A stretch of DNA of 63,631 nucleotides, counting the filler, from Craspedostauros australis (taxonomy: Eukaryota), in NCBI GenBank assembly GCA_030167865.1. It is 16 parts of 16 records of this genome, joined end to end, with 100 filler letters (N's around TTAATTAATTAA, not from the genome) between each part and the next. Parts side by side here need not be neighbours in the genome. Positions count along the whole stretch, not along the records: positions 2,281 to 12,941 come from JALAGF010004465.1; positions 13,042 to 30,050 come from JALAGF010004466.1; 14 more parts are not named here. One strand, given 5' to 3'. The notes under the pieces were generated by a model. The model searched no databases, had not been told where the DNA came from, and worked only from the letters and a program-made list of their open reading frames with translations. Position numbers and translations under genes: made by a program. Shown piece by piece: positions 11,076-22,300 of the stretch; the first letter of the stretch is position 1; the number at the start of each line of letters is the position of its first letter.

Positions 11076-12941
11076 ATGAACGCGGCGTCGACCGAGAGAC
11101 TTGCGGTATTACGTCAGAAACAAGACGAGGGTGAGCCGTTCGATCTGAGGGAACTATTCGAACTCGAACTACTCGAGGATGACCACAACGACAATGAAAT
11201 TCATGAAGATGACCTCCTCGTCCTTGACATCATCCACAAGAAGCACAGGGGAGACGAACTCACCGACGAAGACCTGGATGAGCTCGACCACTTCACAAGA
11301 GCCAGGCTTGATGTGCTCACGCAAAATGAGCTCGCGGACATGTACGACATGCAGGATGAAGGCGAGAGTATCGATGAAGATCGCCTGTACGAACTGGAGC
11401 TGTTCGAGAAGCGTCGAGCGGAGGAGGAATTGAATGAGGATGAGGAGTACGAGGTGGTGCTATTCGAGCGTCGCATGCTGGGTGAGGAGCTGCAGGATGA
11501 CGAGCTGGATGAGCTTGACATGCTGAGAGAAGAGCGGCAGCGGCTTGCCTTGGATGACGAGGAAAATGGCGTTGACGATGAGGAAGATGGCAACGCAGGC
11601 ATCGAAGATGGCGTCAACACTGAAGGTGCAGACGAAGAGGGGGAGGGGGATAGCAAAAGTGACGATGGTGCTGGTGCGATCCACATCGAAGAGCTGGGAG
11701 AGCTTGAGGAGCTCCGAAGTCGTCGTGATCGAGGAGAGTCATACGATACAGAGCTGCTGTATGAGCTTGAGCTATTTGAACGTGCCGATGCCGGTGAGGA
11801 TCTGACTGACGATGAACTATTTGAGATAGATTGCTTTGAGAGAAGACGGCAAGGCGAAGATCTTGATGAGGATGATCTCGACGATCTCGAGCTTCTGAGG
11901 CAAGGCCGGGCGGAGTCAGCGCCCGACGATGGGATAAACGACGGCGACGGCGACGATGGCTCAACGATGTCCGCGAAGGACATCGCCAGCGATGACGATG
12001 ACAACAATAATGAATCTGACCAAAGCCAATCTTTTCGTTTGGCTGACGATGGTGAGAACGGAGACGACAGCGAAAATTTGCAGAAAGACACAGCGCACGT
12101 GTCGGTGTTGAGCCAGGAATATGATTCGCAAGAATCCGAAGAGTATCATGAGACACAGAACGACCAGAGTTCCAAAGACTTTGGAGATGATCAGTCAGAA
12201 CTTTCAATCGGTGCATCCGATCATGACATCAGTGACTCAGGGCCGCCGATAATACAACAGCTGGAAGAGCCGCCCGATCCAGGCGAACTACGCCAAGAGG
12301 AAGTCCAAGACGCCAGCATCGATACACATCCGAAGACACAGGTTGCATTGCAACTGAATGGAGATTCGTCGACGAATCTGAAGTCATCGCAAGAACTTGA
12401 GAACGACATCCTCGAGGAGATCACCACACTCAAACAACAACTCAGCGACGGACATGACATCGATCATGATGCGCTCTACGAAGCTCAGCTCATCCTGAAG
12501 CACCTCCGAGACGACGATCTCGACGAAGACGAACTGTACGAAGTTGATCTGTTTCAACGACGGAGAGAAGGCGAGGATCTCGCCGATGAGGATCTGGAGG
12601 AGCTTGAGATGTTGAGGATGGAGCGTGAGGAGAGGCGTGCGGCTCAGAGAGCAACTGAGCAGCTGTTGGAGGCTACAGCAAAGCAAGCATTGGAAACAGA
12701 TGAAGCTCGCGATCTGGTCGACGGGATCGATGATGCCTCGAGTGATGGTGAAGGATTCGATGGTAGCAGCCATGTAGATGGCGTTAGCATTGACGAAGGG
12801 ACGGATAGTGGCGGCGTGGATGCGGATGCGGACATAGATATGGATATGGATTTGGATATGCGTGAGGGTGTGGATGATGGACGAAAGTGCGACCCAGATG
12901 ACAGCAGTCATGGTGGATCAATCGAGGCACCTGTTGATGAA
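11076..12941 (+). CDS. Highly acidic protein with ~20-aa helical repeats (GE.L.ED.LYELELFERRR), 3'-truncated by contig end
   Basis: ORF of more than 620 codons with coding-like composition and four clusters of the repeat separated by D/E/S-rich linkers; first ATG at 11076. Confidence 0.75.
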
Positions 12942-13041
12942 NNNNNNNNNNNNNNNNNNNNNNNNNNNNNNNNNNNNNNNNNNNNTTAATTAATTAANNN
13001 NNNNNNNNNNNNNNNNNNNNNNNNNNNNNNNNNNNNNNNNN

Positions 13042-13120
13042 TAATGAAATAGCAAACGAACGACTATCAACCAATACCATCTTCCACGATCGTAGGTTAC
13101 CGTGAGCGGAACTTGCCAAC
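13042..13120 (+). mobile_element. 3' end of an LTR inserted into the gag of family A
   Basis: Ends ...GCCAACA exactly where homology to the intact family-A gag (SGV|VGETLSIKY, seen near 62220 on the minus strand) begins. Confidence 0.65.
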
Positions 13121-16100
13121 AGTTGGGGAGACTCTTTCCATCAAGTACCATGATGCCATCGTCGCATTCCGGCTGGACCAATCCTGGACCAAGAGCCGTG
13201 AGCAGTTCTTTGATGCCTGGGAGACCAAGCTCGATGATATCGAAGAGCTCGACGATGCATGCGTCGATGAGGCGGTCAAGCAGCAATGGCTGCGCACCGC
13301 TATTGGTCCTGACGTTGACTTGACTCGGGCATATACCAACACCAAGTCCAACTCTCGTCAACGCCACAAGCAGTCTCGTGGTTTCATCAAGATTGGTGTC
13401 TCTTTCGAGGACCTTCTCGAGTTCGTCCGTGACGAAGCTCAGTCCCTCGATGCCAACCAACCTTGCACTACATCCAAGCGCAAGGTCAACAACGCAAAGA
13501 CCTCGGACTCCAACAACAAGGGCAACGGCAAGGACTACTCCAAGGATCATCGCTGCTCCATTCCCAACGAAGAGTGGCATGGCATGTCCAAGGACCAGCG
13601 CAAGGCTTTCCTCGACGTAAAGGGGAAGTGGCACAAGAACAAGGGCAAAGGCAAGGGCGATTCCAATCGTTCTGCCAACAATGCCAACACCTCTTCTGGC
13701 AGCGGCACAGTTCCTTCCGGCACCCCTCCCTCGGGTAGCGATCCTTCCAAGGCTGATGACCCATCTACCGCCGTCGACCGCCTTCTCGTGCAGACCAAGT
13801 CCAGCTCTTCATCCAATGACACTCCTCAGTTGGTCTACAAGGGCCAGACCTGGCGTCTCGCGAACTCCACTGTGGTCCGATACAGCTTCAACAAGCTTGT
13901 CAAGGATCACTCCGGATCCCTCGTCGACAGTGGTGCCAATGGCGGCCTGGCTGGCAATGATGTCCTCGTTCTCTGCAAGACAGGACACACGGCCGACGTC
14001 AGTGACATCGGTGATTCCGCCATCGCCAACCTCGACATCGGCACTGTCGCGGGACTCATCCAGACTACCGACGGACCCATCATTGGTACATTCCATCAAT
14101 ATGCGCTCTACGGCAAAGGCAAGACCATCCACTCCACCAACCAGCTTGGTGCCTTTGGGATGGACGTCAACGAACGCCCTCGCCACCTTCCAGGTGGTCG
14201 CCAAACCATCGTCACTCCCAGTGGCCACATCATCCCGTTGGCCGTTTGCCAGGGCCTGTCCTACATGGACATGGCCAAGCCCACTCGCGCGGAACTCGAC
14301 AAGTACCCGCATGTCGACTTCACCGCTGACGATGAGTGGGACCCTTCCTCCCTCGACTGCGAGATGACCCTCGACGACGTCGCCCATGATGACGCCGCAG
14401 CACTTCAGCGTCGCAAGAACAACAACACCGTTCTCGCAACACAAGCTAATGCCCGCCAGGCCGACATCGCAGACAATCCGGGCAGTGTCATTGCTACACG
14501 CCAGCCTGCCGACTACGAGGCACTCCGCCCTCACTTCGGCTGGATTCCAGCTCGTCACGTTCGCGACACCCTTCGGTGCACCTCCCAGTGGTACCGTACC
14601 GCCGAGCGCTTCTCCATGCGCAAGCATTTCAAGTCTCGGTTCCCAGCAGCCAACGTCGACCGCCTCCATGAGACGGTGGCAATGGATACGCTCTTCTCAG
14701 ATACCCCCGCTCACGATGACGGGGTTCTGGGTCATGGCGGGTGCACCATGCTTCAGGTGTACGTCGCCCTCGACTCTCGGTTCACGGCCGGCTTTCCCAT
14801 GCCATCTGAGAGCCGCATCTCCGATACCCTTCGTGACTTCATCCGACGCCACGGGGCTCCCGACCTACTGATGTCCGACAACGCCAAGGCTCAGATCGGC
14901 AACAAGGTCATGGAGATCCTTCGGCAATACCACATCCGGGATCACCAGAGTGAGCCGGAGCACCAGCACCAGAACGGCGCAGAGCGCCGGATCCAAGATA
15001 TCAAGCGCACCACCAATGGTGTCATGGATCGCACGGGGACCCCCGACCAATTCTGGCTGATATGCACGCTCTATGTGATTGATCTTTTCAATCACATCGC
15101 GCAGGTCACCGCCGGTTCCATCACCCCCCTCCAAGCCGCCTTCGGTCAACAACCGGACATCTCCAAGTTCCTCTCCTACCGATGGTGGCAACCGGTCTAC
15201 TACCGGGTTGACAACCCCTTCTTCCCCAGCCAGTCCAAGGAACGCAGTGGACGCTGGGCTGGTCCCTGTCTCCACAAGGGAGACAACCTCACCTTCTGGG
15301 TACTTGATGATGAGACCCAGCGGCTCCTTTCTCGCTCCGCCATCCGACTGGCTGACGACTCTTCCACCTGCAACCTTCGTGCGGACTTTCCCTTCCCCAT
15401 TGTTTGGGAGGATGATGGCTCTGATGCCATGGATACGGCGTCTGGGGAGCCTGACGACGATATCCCCGTTCCTCCGGACCTCGATCCCATTGTTCACTGT
15501 CTCTCCGATTCCATCCTGGCCGACCGCCGTGGCACAGACCCCGAAACAGTGGGGAATGCAAAGGTCCACATCCCAAGGTTCTCTCCTGAGGATCTTGTTG
15601 GGATGACCTTCATCCACGAGAAGGATGGTCAACAGGTCCGAGCTGAGGTGGTGCAGAAGGTCAATGACCTTGACGCCGCCAACCACTAATGCATCAAGAT
15701 GCTCCTCTCATTGGCAGATGGGGAGACACATGACCTGATCTCCTATGTCGAGCTCGCTGACATCATCGAACGTCAGCGAGAGCACAGCGACGATCCTGAT
15801 GCCAAGTGGGAGCTCGACTCCATCGTCGGACATGAAGGACCCCTCACATCTTCCTCCCCCACCTACAAGGGATCCAGATTCAACGTCATTGTGAAATGGG
15901 GAGACGGCTCCACCTCCACTGAGCCCCTTTCCATCATGATTCAAGATGACCCTGTCTCATGCGCTGCCTATGGCCGCCGCCACGAGCTACTCGACGAGCC
16001 TGGCTGGAAGCGCCTCAAGCGCCTTGCCATCCGCACCCACCGTCTCGAGCGCCAGGTCCACAAGTCCAAGACCTTCTCCCATGCCCTGACCTTCCAGTTC

Positions 16101-17797
16101 GGTGTCCAAGTCCCTCACAACCACAAGGAGGCGATGAGACTCGATGACAAGAATGGCAACACTCTCTGGGCCGACGCCGAGAAGAAGGAGATGGACCAAC
16201 TCTTTGGGTACCGTACCTTCAAGACCCTTGGGAAGGGTGCCCCGGTACCCTCTGGCTTCCAGAAGATCCGCCTTCAGTGGGTCTACGCTGTGAAGCATGA
16301 CCTCCGTCACAAGGCGCATTGCGTCGCTGGCGGCCACCTCACCGAACCCTGCAAGGATGCGTCCTATGCAGGCGTGGTCAGTCTTCGCTCCCTCCACCTC
16401 TCCCTCCTCGCCGGGGAACTCAACGGTATTCCAACATGGGTCGGAGACATCGGCAATGCGTATCTTGAGGCCTTCACTCAAGAACGCATCTGCTTCATCG
16501 CAGGCGACGAATTTGGTGACTTTGCTGGTCATACCATGCAGATAGTCAAGGCACTCTACGGCCTGTGCACATCGGGCGCCCGGTTCCACAAGGCCCTCGC
16601 CGACACCCTTCGCGACATGGGGTTCCTCCAGTGCCGCTCCGATCCTGACGTCTGGATGCGAGACGCCCAGTTTCACTGGGAATACGTCTGTGTCTACGTC
16701 GACGACCTCACCGCCACCATGGTGGATCCCAAGACCTTCTTTGACACCCTCTCTTCCAAGTATGGGTATCAGCTCAAGGGAGTTGGTCCCATCAAGTACC
16801 ACCTCGGTGCTGACTTCGACCGCGACCCCGACGGCACCCCAAGCTCTCTCCACAGTCCTACATCAAACGGATGCTGGAGAACTACGAGCGCATGTTCGGT
16901 GAGCTCCCTCGCAAGGCCAGCTGCCCCCTCGACAAGGCCAACAGCCCTGAACTGGACACTTCTTCTGAACTCTGCAAAACCGACAAACGCAAGTTCATGT
17001 CCCTCATCGGTGCACTCCAGTGGTGTATCTCCCTCGGGCGGTTCGACATCTCTGTCGCTGTCATGACGCTCGCACGCTTCCGCTCGGCTCCCCGCCAAGG
17101 CCATCTGGACCGCGCCAAGTGCATCTACGGGTACCTCCGCAAACACCCCGATGCAGCCATCCGCTTCCGCACCTGTGTGCCCCGCTTCGACAAGTACTAC
17201 GAGGTACCCAATCATGACTGGATCTATTTCGTCTACGGGAAGACCTCCGAGGAGATCCCGGATGATGTCCCCGAGCCCAAAGGCAAGCCTGTCCGAACCA
17301 CCACGTTCGTCGACGCCAATCTCCTTCACTGCCAAGTCACTGGCAGATCGGCCACCGGTGCCCTCCATCTGGTGAACCAGACTCCCATCGAGTAGTTCTC
17401 CAAGCGTCAGGGTATGGTAGAGACCGCCACCTACGGGTCTGAGTTCGTTGCCGCTCGACAGGCAACTGAGCAGATCATCTCCCTTCGCCTCGCTCTCCGC
17501 GAGATGGGTATCCCGATCGACGGCCCCAGCTGGATGCTGGGTGACAACCAGTCCGTCATCACCTCCTCCACAGTCCCCAAGAGCATGCTTTCCAAGCGCC
17601 ACAACGCACTGGCCTACCATCGAGTCTGGTCCGCTGTCGCCGCTGGCATCCTCTACTTCATCAAGATCCCCGGCACCCAGAACATCGCCGATGTGATGAC
17701 CAAGTTTCTTCCATGGGCTGTCTTCTGGCCCCTCGTGAAACCTATCCTCTTCTGGAAAGGACACACTGAGCCCGCTTCCTCGACCTCCAAGACCTGA
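13121..17797 (+). pseudogene. gag-pol: Family A CoDi-type copia gag-pol (Gag C-term, PR, IN, chromo-like, RT, RNase H), disrupted
   Basis: PR LVDSGANGG; IN TVAMDTLFSD / LMSDNAK / HQNGAERRIQ; RT WVGDIGNAYL, KALYGL, YVDDL; RNase H FVDAN..TG, VETATYGSEF, GDNQSV, NIADVMTK. Lesions: TAA at 15687-15689, frameshift near 16840, TAG replacing TGG at 17393-17395. Confidence 0.93.
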
Positions 17798-17821
17798 ATG
17801 TCCGGGACACGCTTTGGGGAG

Positions 17822-18246
17822 TATTAGCGCAACGCTATATTCCTAACAATAGCGACACCCGTCGACCAATCAGAAATCTTCACTTTTCTTACCTTTTCCG
17901 TTCCAAACGGAAATTCTGGTCAAAATTCCGTTGTGTCAATTTTGTTTCGCATTTCGCGTCGCAAGAACCGTTTTCCCGTCAATCCCATTTCCAACATGTC
18001 GCGGAAATGAATTTCTTGCCAAGATGAACCACTCTGTCCAATCAGGACAGACTTCGGTCTTGGGTCCAATAAATACGGAACCGTCCCCAACCTTCTCGAG
18101 TGAATACGATCAATCGTGTGATCGTTCTACTCGCAACATCGTGAGGAGCTGCACACTACAACACGGCGTATCGCAGTGTTTGTTTTTCTGACTTTGCAAA
18201 TCTGAACCCACGCAGTAACGCGCACATTTGTCGTGTTGTCTCCGTG
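17822..18246 (+). mobile_element. Family A 3' LTR, truncated; PPT GGGGAG at 17816-17821
   Basis: Collinear with the reverse complement of 59212-58790; homology stops abruptly after ..GTCTCCGTG at 18246. Confidence 0.85.
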
Positions 18247-18401
18247 AGTTGAAGTTCAACGAAGAACCGACTACTTTCCTTTTTAGGGTATCCCGTGTTG
18301 TCGCTTGAAATTGCTTTTGGCGCGCAATTGTCCAAACCCGACAATGGACAGACCTTCCTTGCCCTCCCCTCTTTTCAGTCACGAATCATTCCCGATGCCC
18401 A

Positions 18402-18951
18402 TGCTACGGTCCGTCTAAAGCCTACCAATGCATGTGGGAACTATATGCTCCTCAGATCCTGTCAGATGGACCTCACCTGGATTCCCTTTTGCTGCCACGA
18501 CGCCATCCGGCCATGCCAGCTATATCGTGAGCAATCTAAGCTGCTTCAACCTCAGCAATGGAATCCTGACGGATGTTCAATCTGCTGGCTCCGGCTGTGC
18601 AGCTCCCATCCCTTCAACATCCGCTGAAGCCACAAGACCCACTGCATGACATCGCCAGCGATCCAAGGGAGGAGGACACGGAGGAAAGTACAGCCTCTTC
18701 TCAGCACTGAACCATGCGGGTCAGTGCAGAGCCGTGCCAACACATGACTATCGTTTCTTCATCCTGCCTACAGCTACTAACTCATAATAACAAGTTCGGA
18801 TTAATACAAACACTACTACTCTATTCATCGTTACAAGCCTTGACGGTCATACAACACTCAAGCCCAGTGAACTGCGTCAATCGGCCTCGTTTGAAGCCGG
18901 CAGTCCACACGGCCTACTCCGGTTCGTCTACGAAAGTACACGAATCCTAAC
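18402..18951 (+). mobile_element. Putative 5' LTR of family B (left boundary uncertain; may extend to 18245)
   Basis: Ends immediately before a tRNA PBS; shares ATATGCTCCTCAGATCCT and CACCT.GATTCCC with an LTR-like start at 48529. Confidence 0.55.
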
Positions 18952-18971
18952 TGGTAGCTGCGAGTGGTTTC
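18952..18971 (+). promoter_or_regulatory. Primer-binding site complementary to the 3' end of initiator tRNA-Met
   Basis: TGGTAGCTGCGAGTGGTTTC fits the TGGTAGC......TGGTTTC pattern complementary to the eukaryotic tRNAi-Met CCA end and T-stem; lies upstream of the gag ATG. Confidence 0.78.
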
Positions 18972-19378
18972 ATTATATTCACCCAACTCCATTGAGCGAC
19001 TTCCTCTGCCAACCGCTCGCACGGTCTCTCAGAGACCAAGCCAAAAGGCGCAGCTCGCAAACCGAGCAACCCAACTCAAGCAAGACCCCAAAGGTCTTCA
19101 TTCGAATGCATCTGAAGCATCATCAAACGCCAGCGCTCGAAAACCGAGCAATCCAAGACAAAAGTCCCAACTGCTAGTGACCGACAGAGTCACCTGACAG
19201 CAGCCTCTGCCAAGCAAGCAATCCAACCGCTTGAACACCAAGCGCTTGTCTCCTCAAGAGCTTTCGCCGAGCCTCAGTGCACACCTTCCAAAGAAGTGAG
19301 ACCGAGCGAAATCAGCAGGACGCAAGAAAGATCGATCCTTGAAGTCCGAAGACCTCTCTGAAGCCCACGCCATCCATC

Positions 19379-22300
19379 ATGGCGGATGAGGCTATTCCCC
19401 TCACGCTGGAAGAGCTGCAAGTGCAGCTCCAAGCGCTCACCGCTGAGAATGCGCGCCTCACACAGGCCGCAGTCACAGCCGAAACAGCTGTAGAAGCAGC
19501 AAGGGTGGCCGCGGCAACCACGCAAGCAGCGTCGGGCGCCAGCGCCACCCCTCTCCGCCCTGGTCTGAACCCCGGTGGAACCGGGACAACAACTCGTGAC
19601 GATCTCAACCCTTCCTTCCTAAGCGGGAGTCTCTTTGGCGACATTGAGACTCCAGGAACCAAAAAGAAGATCGACCCCGGAAGCGACAGCGACGACGGAG
19701 ACCCCGACCTTTCCGGCAAGCCCACAGCCCCCATCATGGGGGGTCTCCGCATGCAAGGGCGCAACTGGGTCCCCTGGACAGGAGGAGCACCGAACTCAAC
19801 CTGGACGGGCCTCGAAGACAAATCCCAGACCATGTGGACGAACTCCCAGCAGCAGAGAATCCTTCACAACGGGGCGGACTCCACCAACCAATCCAAGCGC
19901 GAAACTGGGTTGTCCGACAAGTTCAAGAAAGGGAACAGCATTCAGCAGTTCGTTCGCCTTGTGCGAAACCATCTGTCGAAGACTGGACTCATCACCATGG
20001 CCTACATCTCTACCGACACGGCCACACCCAAGATGACCTGTGTTCTCGATGCTCCGGCTTCCTTCACTCTTGAAGACGCCACAAGGCACTTCGATGAGTA
20101 CAGTCCGAGATGGGATCACTACGACGTCCAGAACAACTGGACGGCCGCAGCCTTCTTCCGTGACAGCCTTGACCCAACCCTCGAAGACCAGCTCATGAAC
20201 CGCATCGAGCCAAAGTACCACAACAACTTCATCACGCTCTTCATCGAGTTCATGAATAGTATCACAGCCAACTTGCTGGATGAGCAAGACATGATCACGG
20301 ATCGCATCCGCTCCGTCCGAAGCCACCAGTTTGCTGGTGACAACGTGGGATCCATGGCCGTCCATCTCCGCTCGCTCTGCAAGCACCTCGACGACGCCGG
20401 TCGCTTCGACCTCCGTCTCCTCCGCAACATCCTCGACGCCTTCCTCCAAGCAGGGGGGAAGAGCCTCTCCGGTGAACAGTACCGGCGTCCTCTCTATGTG
20501 ATGAAGGATGACCTTGAGAAGATCCTCATGCGTCTCCCTGTATTCACGTACGAGCACGCCCTACCAAAGCTAGCCGCCAAGGACCTCACATGGATGGCGA
20601 TTTGCAACAAGGCACAGTCCTCGTACGACAACGAGGTACGCGGGGACCGCTGGCACGCCACTCGGCGCGTCAGGGACACCGGTGTCCCTAGAACGTCGTA
20701 CGCGAACAACGCCACGAACAAGCACAGCGCCAATGTCCTCGAACAACACAGAGGGTTCACCAAGAAGAACGGAACGAAGGTGCCACCCAAGAAGGACAAA
20801 GAACAGGACAACAACAGCAACTCCAACCGCGGATGGTCTTCCAAGCCGCCCAAGCCTGGGGAACCACAGCGCAAGCTCGTCAACGACAAGACCTTCATGT
20901 GGTGCGCCAAGTGTCGCCGATGGCGCCTCTCGCACAACACTGAGAGTCACCAGGACAACTTCAAACCCAGGGCTAAGGCGAAAGGCAAAGGAAGCCCCAC
21001 GACTGACAACCTCGAAATCGACATGGCAGCTTGGACGTGCTTCACCGCCGCAGGCAGCCAAGATGAAGACACCTGGTGGTCTCTAATCTGGAACCTCTTC
21101 ACCTCCTTCAGCTACCTCAGCGGAACCATCGGCTCGCTCCTGTTTTTCACAACGCTTCAAGTCGCAACACTAGGAGTTGAACATGGATGGTACATCGCGG
21201 CAACAAACGTCTGGATGGTCACAGCCATCGCGTTGTTGCTACTACACACAAACGTCCCGCGAAGGCCACACACTCTCCGCTCCAACAACCGCGCTTACGC
21301 ACAAGCAAGAGCCAAGGAAGAAGCCAAACGACACCAAGTTCGACCAACCCGCTTCAACGAGGCTGTGACTCGCAGTCTTCATGATGTGATGATCGAGCGG
21401 ACCAAAATGTCCGACCAAACGCCAAAACGCAACAAACGTCGCTGGATTCGCCGAACCCGAACCAAAACTCGCAAATCAAAGCCAAGGCATCCCAACCGAA
21501 GTGATCCAAAATTGTCAACCAAGCCACCCACTTATGGCAAGAGACACCACGCGCCACCTCAAAGATCGCCCTGCGTGACTGACCAGCACTACCATCGCAC
21601 TTTTGGAGGACAACCCCTCTCACATGATTTTTGGCGCCTGTATCCCACACTCGACCTCACGACTGGTGAACGCGAAACCACAGCATGCTCCACTTCGTTT
21701 GAAAATCTCCTAACTCTCCATGGTCTTGCGTCTTTCTTCACCAATCGTCATGCTTTCGCTTCCCCCCAAAAAGCCGAAAGGTATCTGTCCCCCAGTGACC
21801 CTTTTGAGCTAGTGTGGGACAGCGGGGCGTCAATTTCTGTCACCAACGACATCAACGACTTTTGTGACACTCCAAACGCTCCCCCAAAACCGACTTTCCT
21901 CAATGGATTCTTGAAAAAGATCCAAGTGAAAGCGCTTGGGACTGTGGAATGGCATATCCTGGATGTGACAGGCAGCCCGCGTACACTAAGACTGCCCGCT
22001 TTCCATGTACCTCAATCGCGAGTCAAACTAATCAGCACGTCTAGCCTTCTAGAAGAGTACCCCGGAGAAACCATCACCTTTGTCAAAACCTCCTGCAAGC
22101 TCAGCGGAATCAAGGAAGGCAACGAACGAAACGCAATCATCGCAATCTACAAGAAGACAACGAAGCTACCCACCTCCATCGGGTATGGCTCGGACAACAT
22201 CAACGATCTACCGTCGGCGCTCTCTTCCATCGTCTCTACTGTATCGGAACACAACGTGAATATATCTGAACCGCAAAAGGAACTGCTTCGATGGCACTAT

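Noticed and set aside
11201..12091. 296-aa Ser-rich minus-strand ORF, and many similar antisense ORFs over gag-pol genes
   Set aside because: Shadow frames of GAN-rich or codon-biased sense genes; no independent motifs.
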